From a bacterium (GTDB lineage Bacteria; Myxococcota_A; UBA9160; SZUA-336), in contig JAAELY010000266.1 in NCBI GenBank assembly GCA_024226335.1, positions 9,515 through 73,514 of the forward strand: DNA of 64,000 nt. Direction: 5' to 3'. The notes under the pieces were generated by a model. It had not been told where the DNA came from, made no database searches, and was given only the letters and a program-made list of their open reading frames with translations. Below, piece after piece: positions 47,579 to 60,711 of this stretch. Made by a program: the position numbers and the translations under genes. Within the stretch, counting starts at the first letter, position 1, and every line of letters begins with the position of its first letter.

Positions 47579-48453
47579 TGAGCGAAGATGCGGCGGGCGC
47601 CGGACACGCCCAGGCTCCGATCATCATCAAGAAGAAGGTCTCGGGACACGGAGGGCACCACGGTGGCGCCTGGAAGGTCGCCTACGCCGATATGGTCACG
47701 GCCCTCATGGCGCTGTTCATCGTGCTCTGGATTCTCGGGCAGTCCGACGAGGTCAAGCAACAGGTCGCTTCCTATTTTCGCGATCCGTCGGCCTTTGATC
47801 CCGGTGCGAAGATGAGTATCCACGACTCTTCGGGCAGTAGTAACGAGTTTCCGATCCTGGACGACATCCCCGTGCCCTCGATGGCACACGGGTCAGAAGG
47901 CGATGGTGGCGATGATAGAGCTCGTGAGCAGGCGGAATCGATTCGCACAGCCCTTTCCCAGGTGAAGGATCTCGACAAGTACAAACAGCAGATCGAGTTC
48001 TCGGTCACGCCCGAAGGGCTGCGCATCAACCTGCTCGAATCACCCGAGTCCCCCCTGTTCAAGCTCGGAGGGACGTCCCTGAATTCCGAAGTGATGGATC
48101 TGGTTCGAACTCTGGGCGAAGCGATTCAGAACTCCGGAAACTCGATCGTGATCGAGGGCCATACCGATACCACGCCTTTTGCGGCCGGTTCAGATCGAAC
48201 TAACTGGGAACTATCGACCGGTCGCGCTCATACGGCCCGCCGAGAGTTCGAAAAGGCCGGAGTGCCCATGGACCGGATGCTCGAGGTTCGAGGCTTTTCC
48301 GATCGCCAGCTCTACAATCCGCTCGACTCGCAAGACAGTCGCAATCGCCGTATCTCAATCACGCTACTGTCGGGCAAAGCTCTCGCTTCGCGAGAAGATC
48401 AACCCGCCGAGGCCGTGATTCCCTGGTTGGAAAGTCGCCAGCAGGACCACTGA
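47578..48453 (+). CDS. motB: Flagellar motor stator protein MotB
   Basis: HHGGAWKVAYADMVTALMALF, EGHTD, NWELS, NRRISI. Confidence 0.95.
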   Translation: MSEDAAGAGHAQAPIIIKKKVSGHGGHHGGAWKVAYADMVTALMALFIVLWILGQSDEVKQQVASYFRDPSAFDPGAKMSIHDSSGSSNEFPILDDIPVPSMAHGSEGDGGDDRAREQAESIRTALSQVKDLDKYKQQIEFSVTPEGLRINLLESPESPLFKLGGTSLNSEVMDLVRTLGEAIQNSGNSIVIEGHTDTTPFAAGSDRTNWELSTGRAHTARREFEKAGVPMDRMLEVRGFSDRQLYNPLDSQDSRNRRISITLLSGKALASREDQPAEAVIPWLESRQQDH

Positions 48454-48535
48454 GTTCCCGGAATTTCATGGCGTCCGCGATCCCTTTCCGCTTGAATGGC
48501 TTGTCTTCCCAGGTGTGGAAGTGGAGGCGCGTGAA

Positions 48536-48955
48536 GTGAAGTCCGTACTCATCACGCTTGGAGCGCTGTTCATCGCCTTCGGCGCTACGACCTGGTGGGC
48601 GCTGGAATCCGGCGGCGTAGCCGTAGTTGAGACTCGTTCTCCTGAAGGCGTCGTCCGCTCCACTCACGTCTGGTACACCGAGCCAGACGGTGTATTGTGG
48701 CTTGAAGCCGGAACTGTGGACAATCCTTGGTTCACAGACGTCCAGGAGCATCCCGAGCTCGTCTTCCGCGCCGGTGGACTTTCCGGGCGCTATGTCGCGC
48801 AGAGGGTCGACGCCCCGTCCGGCCACGACAAGATCCGCTCGCTGATTCGCCAGAAATACGGTCTCCGGGATCGTTGGGTCGGTTTGCTGGTCGATACCTC
48901 GGGTTCTGTTGCCGTACAACTCGTCCCGATTGTCGACAGCAGGACAGATGAATAG
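48536..48955 (+). CDS. Membrane-anchored split-barrel (deazaflavin/nitroreductase-like) hypothetical protein
   Basis: N-terminal TM; RSTHVW, WFTDVQEHP, IRQKYG; GGAGG RBS. Confidence 0.6.
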   Translation: MKSVLITLGALFIAFGATTWWALESGGVAVVETRSPEGVVRSTHVWYTEPDGVLWLEAGTVDNPWFTDVQEHPELVFRAGGLSGRYVAQRVDAPSGHDKIRSLIRQKYGLRDRWVGLLVDTSGSVAVQLVPIVDSRTDE

Positions 48956-49075
48956 GGTAGAATAGCTGGAATTCCGGTGTTTCTGCGGCCTATCCGCGGG
49001 GCGCGAAGCGGATGGCCTACTGCTCGTTTAGTCTTGGTGTTGATTCGTTGTTGAATTACGAAAGGATTTCAACCT

Positions 49076-49609
49076 ATGTCGTTCAAGAAGCCCGTGCCCC
49101 GTCAAGGCAGCCGGGGCACTCCGGCGAGCCGGCGGATGCAACGGAACATGGCCGGACACATCCTGGGGCTCAGCAAGGATCTGAGTGTTTCCGGAAGTGC
49201 AGAGCTCACGGGACTGACCAACAACGACATCAAGAATCTGCGCGCCGGGAATATGCCCAGCTTCAGCATGCTGCAGCGTTTCGTGAAGAAGATGCGCTGG
49301 ACGCCGGAATCGATATTCGCGACCGGCAAGCTGAAAAAGCTCCCTGCCGGTACCCGCACACACGGTGCAGATACTCAGAAGATCCGTCGCCGAATCCAGG
49401 CGGTCTGTCGAGACAACGACGCACAGCGTCTCGCCTCCGCGACCCGCATTCCCATTAGCAACATCTATCAGACGCGTACTCGCAACGCGAAGATCGGCCT
49501 GCACACTTTTCTGTCGATCGCTTCCGCCGGGTTCTCCCCGCGCTCGCTCCTGCTCGGCACGCCAAAGCTCGATACCCGTCTGGCGGGACAACCGGCGCGA
49601 CACAAATAG
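49076..49609 (+). CDS. Basic protein with two putative XRE/Cro-type HTH repeats
   Basis: AAAGGA RBS; SAELTGLTNNDIKNLRAG..PS and LASATRIPISNIYQTRT..IG repeats. Confidence 0.65.
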   Translation: MSFKKPVPRQGSRGTPASRRMQRNMAGHILGLSKDLSVSGSAELTGLTNNDIKNLRAGNMPSFSMLQRFVKKMRWTPESIFATGKLKKLPAGTRTHGADTQKIRRRIQAVCRDNDAQRLASATRIPISNIYQTRTRNAKIGLHTFLSIASAGFSPRSLLLGTPKLDTRLAGQPARHK

Positions 49610-49627
49610 CGGCCTCTTGCCGGCTGT

Positions 49628-50788
49628 CTAGCGGCGCGACACCCGATAGATCGCACCGGCGTAGTCGTCGGAGATGTAGAACGAGCCATCCGGGCCTTCG
49701 ATCACATCGGCGGGGCGTCCGATCACGTCTTCGTCTTTCTCAAAACCCACCAGGAAATCCCGTTGCTCGATCTTTCCGTCTGCATCCCAGTGCAGTGAGA
49801 CGACCTTGTAGCCGTCCTTCTTCGTGCGGTTCCACGAGCCGTGCAGTGCGACCAGCGCAGCATTCTGGTATTCGCCCGTGCCGCGAATGAAGGAGATGCC
49901 CAGGGGTGCATTGTGAGCGCGAAACGGAAAGGCCGGTGAAATCGAGGCGTCGATTCGCGCCTGATTGTCCGATCCAAAGTCTGGATCGGGAATCTTGTCG
50001 CCATTCGCGAAGGGCCAGCCATAGTGGCCCCCGCGCTTGACTTCGTTCAACTCACAGGGTGGGAAGTCATCGCCGAGCAGATCGCGCCCGTTGTCGGTCG
50101 CGAACATGCGTCCGGTACCGGGCTGCCAGTCGAAGTCAACCGCGTTGCGAAGTCCCGAAGCGTAGATCTGCTCATTGCTGCCGTCGGGTTCGTAGCGCAG
50201 GATCGCGGCGCGGCGCGGATCGGCTTCTTCACAGACGTTGCAGCTCGATCCCACGGATACATACAGGCCTCCGTCGGGTCCAAAGCCGAGGCCGCGTGTC
50301 CAGTGGTTGCCTGCGCCGGGAATTCCGGTGATGAAACGATCCAGTTCACCTCGTGTTTCAGCGGCTGCCACGTCGAAGCGGATCTTTCCGATGGCATCGC
50401 TCTCGGCCACGTACAGCCATCCGTCCCTCAGTGCGAGACCGTTGGGGCCATTGAGGCCCGACATCAGGATCGCGACTCCATCGGAGCGGCCGTCGCCGTC
50501 GCGATCGGGGGCGATCGAAGCGACCTTGCCCTCGCGCGCCTGCGCGGCGATCAGATCGCCGCTGGGGGTGAATAGGAGTTCGCGCACATTGGGGAGGCCT
50601 TCGGCGAAAACCTTCACGGTATAACCCGCGGGTGCCCGCATGCGTTCGTTCACCGTCGCAGCTTCCGGAGCGTCGACTCCGCCCCAAAGGAATATCTGAA
50701 GCACCGGAGCGTTGATCGTCGGGAGCAACGAGCAGGCTCCGATAGCCAGGCAGGTGAGGAGAACCGAGGCGATGCCGAGACGCTTCAA
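49628..50788 (-). CDS. Glucose/sorbosone (PQQ-dependent sugar) dehydrogenase family beta-propeller
   Basis: GSSCNVCEE, GLRNAVD, DNGRD, AHNAPLG, HGSWNR, GRPADV; TTG after AGGAG. Confidence 0.88.
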   Translation of the reverse strand: MKRLGIASVLLTCLAIGACSLLPTINAPVLQIFLWGGVDAPEAATVNERMRAPAGYTVKVFAEGLPNVRELLFTPSGDLIAAQAREGKVASIAPDRDGDGRSDGVAILMSGLNGPNGLALRDGWLYVAESDAIGKIRFDVAAAETRGELDRFITGIPGAGNHWTRGLGFGPDGGLYVSVGSSCNVCEEADPRRAAILRYEPDGSNEQIYASGLRNAVDFDWQPGTGRMFATDNGRDLLGDDFPPCELNEVKRGGHYGWPFANGDKIPDPDFGSDNQARIDASISPAFPFRAHNAPLGISFIRGTGEYQNAALVALHGSWNRTKKDGYKVVSLHWDADGKIEQRDFLVGFEKDEDVIGRPADVIEGPDGSFYISDDYAGAIYRVSRR

Positions 50789-50889
50789 TACTTGAACTCC
50801 TGAGCGGGTACGTACGGAGGCCGAAGTCGAGAACCTACGCGATCGGAACAGAGTCCGCATTCTGCGCCCCATCCGGCTACCATGCGGAT

Positions 50890-51888
50890 ATGCCACACCA
50901 GAAACTCGATCGATTCAAGACTGTGAAGCTCGGTCATTGGCCGACACCACTCGAGCCCCTCGACCGACTCAGTGCCTTGCTCGGTGGACCCTCCCTTTTT
51001 GTGAAACGAGACGATTGTTCGGGGCTCGCACTTGGTGGGAACAAGGTGCGGAAGCTGGAATACCTGCTCGCCGATGCGATCGCCCAGGGGGCCGATACGA
51101 TCATTACGGTAGGGGGCGTGCAGTCGAATCACGCCCGTCAGACCGCTGCAGCCGCTGCTCGGGTCGGACTGGCCTGCGAACTGGTGCTACCGCGTCTGGT
51201 TCCGGGGACGGATCCGGAATCCGAGAAGACCGGCAATGTGTTGCTTGACCACCTGCTCGGTGCGCAGGTGCACATCGTCGACGATTACGATGCTGCGGCG
51301 GAGCGAGTGGGAGAGGTCAACGAACGCGTGCTGGCGGGCGGAGGCAAGCCGGCGTTCATCCCGCCGGGTGGATCGACAGAGATCGGGTCACTGGGTTTCG
51401 CTGCTGCGGCCGTCGAGATGCGCGATCAACTCGAGAGCGCGGATCTGCACATCGATCGCATCGTTCTCGCAGTCAGTAGCGGGGGGACTCAGGCTGGACT
51501 TGTCGCGGGCCTGGCGATGTTGGACCTCGATGTTCCCGTGACTGGAATCTGCGTATATGCCGACGCAGAGGAGACGCACGCGACGGTCGCCTCGCTGGTC
51601 GAAACCACGGCCGACCGGCTGGAAATCCCGACGCCACCGGATGAGAGCATTCGCGTCGATGGGAAATACCTCGGGGACGGGTACGGCGTACCCACGAATG
51701 CGACGACGGATGCGCTGCACGTCTGCGCGCGCGTCGAGGGCCTACTACTCGACCCGGTGTACACGGGAAAGGCGATGGGCGGTCTGATCGAGGCGATTCG
51801 GGAAGGGGAAATCGGTCCAGGCGAAAACGTGTTGTTCTGGCACACGGGGGGGGCGCCCGCGCTATTCGCCTACCCGACGGCAGTCTGA
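50890..51888 (+). CDS. dcyD: D-cysteine desulfhydrase / ACC deaminase family PLP enzyme
   Basis: KRDDCSGLALGGNKVRKLEY, QSNHAR, LDPVYTGK, HTGG. Confidence 0.88.
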   Translation: MPHQKLDRFKTVKLGHWPTPLEPLDRLSALLGGPSLFVKRDDCSGLALGGNKVRKLEYLLADAIAQGADTIITVGGVQSNHARQTAAAAARVGLACELVLPRLVPGTDPESEKTGNVLLDHLLGAQVHIVDDYDAAAERVGEVNERVLAGGGKPAFIPPGGSTEIGSLGFAAAAVEMRDQLESADLHIDRIVLAVSSGGTQAGLVAGLAMLDLDVPVTGICVYADAEETHATVASLVETTADRLEIPTPPDESIRVDGKYLGDGYGVPTNATTDALHVCARVEGLLLDPVYTGKAMGGLIEAIREGEIGPGENVLFWHTGGAPALFAYPTAV

Positions 51889-51892
51889 TTGC

Positions 51893-55582
<3,690 letters not shown>

Positions 55583-55794
55583 GGCTGCGCGAATGATAGA
55601 CGGGATCGGCAGCCTGTGCAGTCCCTCTTGACTAGGTTTTTCGCCATTCCGCGAAGGCTGAGGGCCTTTCAGGCCGGACTGACAGAAGATCGTTCGGTCA
55701 AGCCTCTACCCCGGGGTTACCCGGCCGGGAATTGCTACGTTGCATTGCCCCCTGCCGAAAAAACGTCCCCCGCAGCCCAATCAAAGGAATTCGC

Positions 55795-57246
55795 ATGTCA
55801 GAGCCCGAGCCGGTGAGTTCTCTTTCCTTTTTCGCAGATCGCTTCGGTGTCGACGAGAACAGCCTGGCCGCCACGCTCGGAACTGCACTCGAGCGGCCGA
55901 TCGACTACGCAGATCTGTTCTTCGAGTACAGCACCCAGGATTCCGTTTCGCTCGAAGAGGGCATCGTCAAAGGCGGCAGTCGACACCTGGAGCAGGGAGT
56001 GGGCGTGCGCGCACAGGTCGGCGAACGCCAGGGCTATGCGCACTCCGACGAGATCACGGTCGACAGTCTGAAACTCGCCGCCACGACTGCGCGCGCGATC
56101 GCGCAGGGGAGCAGTGAAGATCGTTCGGTCGCCGTGTCGGGAAAGGGGCAGGCGGTACGCGATCTGTATCCGGTTGCCCAGCCTGCGACCGAAGTGGCGG
56201 TTTCGCAGAAGGTCGACTTGCTCGAAGAGATCGACGCCTACGCGCGTGCACACGATCCACGCGTCAAGCAGGTGATGGCCAGCGTGATCGCACAACACCG
56301 CCACCTCCTGATTGCGGGCAGCGACGGTCGCCTGGTCGGAGACATTCAACCGCTCGTGCGTCTGAACGTGCAGGTGATTGCCGAAGACGGTTCGCAACGC
56401 GAAATCGGCTACCAGGGGATGGGCGGGCGCTACGGTTTTGACGAACTGGTCGATCCCAAGGCCTGGAAGAAGCTGGTCGATCAGGCGGTACACGCCGCGG
56501 TCGTCAATCTGGAGGCGCAGGCGTGTCCTGCGGGTACCATGGACGTGGTGCTGGGACCGGGTTGGCCGGGCATCCTCCTGCACGAGGCGATCGGTCACGG
56601 TCTGGAAGGTGATTTCAATCGCAAGAAGACCTCGGCGTTTTCCGATCGGGTTGGCGAACGCGTGGCGGCAGACGGAGTGACGGTCATCGACGACGGCACG
56701 CTGGAGAAGCGGCGCGGATCTCTCAACGTGGACGACGAGGGCACGCCGACGCAACGCAATGTGCTGATCGAGAACGGCATCTTGCTCGGCTATATGCAGG
56801 ATCGACTCAACGCTCGTTTGATGGGCGTTCCCGAGACCGGCAACGGCCGTCGCGAAAGTTACGCGCATCTGCCGATTCCGCGCATGACCAATACCTTCAT
56901 GCTCGCGGGCGACGACGATCCCGAAGACATTCTCAAGTCGGTCAAGAACGGTCTGTACGCGGTTTCATTTGGCGGCGGTCAGGTCGACATCACCAGCGGC
57001 AAGTTCGTGTTCTCGGCCAGCGAAGCCTTCCGCATCGAAGACGGACGCATCGGTGCGCCGGTCAAGGGAGCGACGTTGATCGGCAATGGACCCGACGTGC
57101 TGACGCGCGTCTCGCGCATCGGGCACGATCTGGAACTGGACTGGGGTGTGGGCACCTGCGGCAAAGACGGGCAGGGCGTTCCGGTGGGAGTCGGACTGCC
57201 GACGATCCGCCTCGACGCGCTGACGGTGGGAGGGACGGAAGGATGA
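55795..57246 (+). CDS. tldD: Metalloprotease TldD
   Basis: HEAIGHGLEGDFNRK, RMTNT, CGKDGQ; ATG after AAAGGA. Confidence 0.96.
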   Translation: MSEPEPVSSLSFFADRFGVDENSLAATLGTALERPIDYADLFFEYSTQDSVSLEEGIVKGGSRHLEQGVGVRAQVGERQGYAHSDEITVDSLKLAATTARAIAQGSSEDRSVAVSGKGQAVRDLYPVAQPATEVAVSQKVDLLEEIDAYARAHDPRVKQVMASVIAQHRHLLIAGSDGRLVGDIQPLVRLNVQVIAEDGSQREIGYQGMGGRYGFDELVDPKAWKKLVDQAVHAAVVNLEAQACPAGTMDVVLGPGWPGILLHEAIGHGLEGDFNRKKTSAFSDRVGERVAADGVTVIDDGTLEKRRGSLNVDDEGTPTQRNVLIENGILLGYMQDRLNARLMGVPETGNGRRESYAHLPIPRMTNTFMLAGDDDPEDILKSVKNGLYAVSFGGGQVDITSGKFVFSASEAFRIEDGRIGAPVKGATLIGNGPDVLTRVSRIGHDLELDWGVGTCGKDGQGVPVGVGLPTIRLDALTVGGTEG

Positions 57247-58592
57247 GCGGCAAGGCCGTCGAGCGGGCGATCGAGCGGGCGATGCAAGCGGGAGCGGCCG
57301 AATCCGATGCCGTGTTGATCGAAAGCGATGCGTTGGAGGCACGTGTGCGCGGCGAAGAGATCGACTTCGTGAAGCAGGCGCGCGAGAAAACTCTGGGTAT
57401 TCGCGTGCTCGTACAAGGCAAGTCGGGCTTGCGCAGCGCGGTCACGTCGACCAGCGATCTCGCGCCCGAGATGATCGACAAGATGGCCGGCGAAACCGTC
57501 GAACTCGCGCACGCGATCGCCGAGGATCCGACCGCCGGTCTACCCGAAGAGGCTTTCGCAGAAGGGCTCCCGGACCTGGATCTCTTCGATCCCGGCGATC
57601 GCCCCTGGTCGGTCGAAGATCGCATCGACGCCGCGCGCAGGGCCGAATCCGCCGCGCGGGATTTTGATCCGCGCATCGTCAACTCCGAGGGTTCACAGGT
57701 CAGCGCGGATTTCTCGCGCGTCGTGTACGGATCCAGCAAGGGATTTCTGGGTGAGTACGAGAAGGCGGGGCACTCGCTGTTCGCGGAGCCGCTCGCCGAA
57801 GAAGGCGGATCGAAGCAACGCGACTATTGGATGACTGTGGCGCGGCGACTTTCGGATCTGGACGCACCCGAAGACGTGGGACGCCGCGCCGCCGAGCGTG
57901 CGGTCCGGCGACTGGGGGGCCGGCAGGTGCCGACCTGTGAGGCCGCGGTGATCTTTGACTCTATGACTGCACCGAGTCTTCTCGGGCAGCTTTCGCAGTG
58001 TCTCAACGGCTACTCGGTGTATCGCGGCACGAGCTTTCTCGCCGGTCGAATCGGCGAACAGATCGCGGTGCCGGGTTTCAATCTGATCGATGACGGTCGT
58101 CGTCCCGGAGGCCTGGGCAGCAAGCCCTTCGACGGCGAAGGCCTGGCCACGCGCCGCAATCAGTTGGTCGAAAACGGGGAACTGCGTACTTATCTGCTCG
58201 ACAGTTATTCCGCTCGCAAGCTCAGCATGAATTCGACGGGCAACGCCACTCGTAGCGTTTCGGGACCGCCTGCCGCCGGTTCGACCAATCTCTGGCTGGA
58301 GCCGGGTGCGCAGACGCTCGACGAGCTGATTGCGGCGACCGACAAGGGGCTGCTCGTGACCGAGTTGATCGGTATGGGATTCAATCCCGTAACCGGAGAC
58401 TACTCGCGCGGTGCGGCGGGGCTGTGGATCGAGAAGGGCAAGATCGTGCATCCCGTAGAGGAAGTAACGATTGCCGGGAACTTCGGTGCCATGCTCGAAT
58501 CAATCGACGCGATTGGCAGCGAACTCGTCTGGCATCGCAGCGTGGCTTCACCGCCGTTGCGCATTGCAAAGATGACGATTGCGGGAGCCTAG
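57243..58592 (+). CDS. pmbA: TldE/PmbA
   Basis: PFDGEG, STGNA, TGDYSRGAAG, EEVTIAGN; coupled to tldD. Confidence 0.93.
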   Translation: MSGKAVERAIERAMQAGAAESDAVLIESDALEARVRGEEIDFVKQAREKTLGIRVLVQGKSGLRSAVTSTSDLAPEMIDKMAGETVELAHAIAEDPTAGLPEEAFAEGLPDLDLFDPGDRPWSVEDRIDAARRAESAARDFDPRIVNSEGSQVSADFSRVVYGSSKGFLGEYEKAGHSLFAEPLAEEGGSKQRDYWMTVARRLSDLDAPEDVGRRAAERAVRRLGGRQVPTCEAAVIFDSMTAPSLLGQLSQCLNGYSVYRGTSFLAGRIGEQIAVPGFNLIDDGRRPGGLGSKPFDGEGLATRRNQLVENGELRTYLLDSYSARKLSMNSTGNATRSVSGPPAAGSTNLWLEPGAQTLDELIAATDKGLLVTELIGMGFNPVTGDYSRGAAGLWIEKGKIVHPVEEVTIAGNFGAMLESIDAIGSELVWHRSVASPPLRIAKMTIAGA

Positions 58593-58628
58593 AGGCCCGG
58601 CCAGAAATGCGGGCCAGCCCGCGTGCGC

Positions 58629-58943
58629 TCAGTTGAGCGGATTGACCGTCACGTAGCGACCGTCTTCGAAGCTCCGGAAGAACTCTTCGACCATCGGGTG
58701 TTCAACCGGTTCGGGCTCGGGATCGGCGCACAGGTTGCGCTGGGCTACGTACGTGGTCGTATCGCCGCCGTGCACGAGCACGTGGTACCACGGGCGGTCC
58801 TTCGGTGGACGGGAGCGAGCGACTTCTTCGTACCATTCGTCGCTGAGCTGGAACGTGGCATCGACGTCCACGATCACGCCGCGGTAGTCGAATCGTTGGT
58901 GTGTGACCAGCTGACCGATGTCGAAGAGGGCTTCATCATCCAT
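58629..58943 (-). CDS. hspQ: Heat shock protein HspQ
   Basis: FDIGQLVTHQRFDYRGVIVDVD, PWYHVL, TYVAQRNL. Confidence 0.9.
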   Translation of the reverse strand: MDDEALFDIGQLVTHQRFDYRGVIVDVDATFQLSDEWYEEVARSRPPKDRPWYHVLVHGGDTTTYVAQRNLCADPEPEPVEHPMVEEFFRSFEDGRYVTVNPLN

Positions 58944-58988
58944 GCGTGAAAGAAACATGCGTCGCCCCGACGCAATCCGCAAGCTTGC

Positions 58989-59789
58989 TCAGCGCAAGAG
59001 GTGCAACGCGGCGCCCGACAAGATGTTCGCCTGTGCAGAAACGGCGATCTGGAACTCCTGCTGGACTTGATTCTTGGCGAGTTCAGCCGTCGCTTTTGCG
59101 ACATCCGCGTCCACGAGGCGCGAGTTCGCCGCCGCTGTGTTCTCTCTTTGCGCCTGCAGGTTGTGGATGCCCGATTCGAGACGATTGCCAAATGCGCCAA
59201 GCTCCGCGCGGCTGGAATTGATCGAAGTCATGGCCGAATCGATGTTCTCGAGAGAAGCCGGATCCGTCACATCGAATCCCGCCAGGCCCAGCGCGTCCGC
59301 GCTACTGTCGGCGATCGACAACTGTATGGCGCCCTCGGCGCTGCCATCGCGCAGCGTCACCGCGTTGCTACCCGACAGTTCGCCCGTTAGAAGACCCTGC
59401 CCGTTGAACTGCGTGGCCTTCGACAGACGCGTGATCTCGCTGGTGATCGCATCGGCTTCGGACTGAAGAGCGGCCCGTCCGGTGTCGTCGAGCACTGGAC
59501 TGCCCGCTTGTACCGAGAGTTCCCGCAGTCGCGACAGTTGCTCGCCGATCTGCCCGAGACCGCTCTCGGCCGTCTGTGTGAGCGATACGCCGTCGTTCAG
59601 ATTGCGTTCGCCCTGCGCCAGCGCCCGTTCGAAGGCTCTCAGATTCTCGGACCGAGCCAGTGCGGAGGCGTCATCCGAAGCCGAGTTGACGCGCTTCAGG
59701 CTGCTGAGCTGAGAGAAGGTCTTGTGCAACGCGTTCTGTGTGCGCTCCATCGGCGACGTCCGAGCCGCAATTTCGAGTCCTATGCCCAT
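58989..59789 (-). CDS. fliC: Minimal flagellin
   Basis: LSSLKRVNSASDDAS, DGVSLTQTAE, RLRELSVQ, FNGQGLL, RAELGAFGNRLE, SRLVDADVA. Confidence 0.92.
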   Translation of the reverse strand: MGIGLEIAARTSPMERTQNALHKTFSQLSSLKRVNSASDDASALARSENLRAFERALAQGERNLNDGVSLTQTAESGLGQIGEQLSRLRELSVQAGSPVLDDTGRAALQSEADAITSEITRLSKATQFNGQGLLTGELSGSNAVTLRDGSAEGAIQLSIADSSADALGLAGFDVTDPASLENIDSAMTSINSSRAELGAFGNRLESGIHNLQAQRENTAAANSRLVDADVAKATAELAKNQVQQEFQIAVSAQANILSGAALHLLR

Positions 59790-59849
59790 GATAATCCTGA
59801 CGATTTGCCCGCTTCGGCCCCCTCGGCGAAGCTGTGGAAAGTTACGTCT

Positions 59850-59876
59850 ATATCGGACAGGAGCGCCCAGACCTGA
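59850..59876 (-). promoter_or_regulatory. Sigma28-like promoter of flagellin
   Basis: Minus strand TCAG-N15-TCCGATAT about 60 nt upstream of the flagellin ATG. Confidence 0.7.
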
Positions 59877-59931
59877 ACGTCGTCGCCCGAACAGCGTTGC
59901 GGTCGTAGCTCAATGTGATACAAATGAACAC

Positions 59932-60606
59932 ATGACATCCGATGAAGAATCCAGAGATGAAAAGCGTTCGCGGCGCGGCCGGCGCCGAGGACGGAGAAAG
60001 GAAAAGGTCATGCACACACGAATCTCCGATGAGCTGGATGAATCGTTGAGGCGGGCGGCCGAGGAATTGCGCGTGCCGGTTTCGAACCTGGTGCGCAATC
60101 TGCTCGAAGACGCGGTCGATGTGGTCGAGACGGTGACCGACAACGTCGGCGATCTGGTCGAAGACGTGGTCGAAGAAGCCCGGGACTTCGGTCATCGCTT
60201 CGAAGACCGCTGGCGGCACCGGGTTCGCGAAACGCGCGAGCGTGGGCGTGACGCGGGAGAGCGCGCGAAAGAAGGCGGACGCGTCGCCCGCGAAGCCGCC
60301 GAGATTGCCCGGGACGTGGCCTACAAGGCGCGCGACGCGGCGCTCCATGCCGCCGAATCGCTGCGTGACGACCGCGAAGACGAAGCCCGGGACGACGCGG
60401 GCGTCGAGACGCCTTCTCGACCCGAAGCACAACCCCTGGAGTTTCCCGACGTGGCCGGTTGGCAGCCGCTGGTGCTCAACGCTGAACAGGAATGCGCAGG
60501 TTGTGGCCGACACCTCTTCCGCGGCGATAGCGGTTATCTGGCGGTCGGCGATCCGAAGCACACGACGACCTATCTGTGCGAGAACTGCCTGGAGTCGCTG
60601 GACTGA
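59932..60606 (+). CDS. Ribbon-helix-helix-like protein with C-terminal Cys4 zinc finger
   Basis: VMHTRISDELDESLRRAAEELRVPVSNLVRNLL; CAGC...CENC. Confidence 0.75.
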   Translation: MTSDEESRDEKRSRRGRRRGRRKEKVMHTRISDELDESLRRAAEELRVPVSNLVRNLLEDAVDVVETVTDNVGDLVEDVVEEARDFGHRFEDRWRHRVRETRERGRDAGERAKEGGRVAREAAEIARDVAYKARDAALHAAESLRDDREDEARDDAGVETPSRPEAQPLEFPDVAGWQPLVLNAEQECAGCGRHLFRGDSGYLAVGDPKHTTTYLCENCLESLD

Positions 60607-60711
60607 CCCGGCGGCCGGACGGGGTCTTCAACTCCACACTCGCTCCTTCGCGAACTCCGACAAACCCCCGTCCGTGCGGGTACACTAGCGCGCGCGGCAC
60701 CAGGAGGAGCG

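Noticed and set aside
46715..48453. motAB as ZorAB (Zorya anti-phage system)
   Set aside because: MotA is normal length without a long ZorA tail, motifs are canonical flagellar, and no zorC/D/E genes are adjacent
55583..55794. SAM or cobalamin riboswitch upstream of metH
   Set aside because: No recognisable consensus; a -10-like TATCAT lies only 10 nt from the start, leaving no room for a leader
55795..58592. tldD/pmbA as part of a RiPP cluster
   Set aside because: No precursor peptide, YcaO or transporter nearby; ordinary housekeeping context
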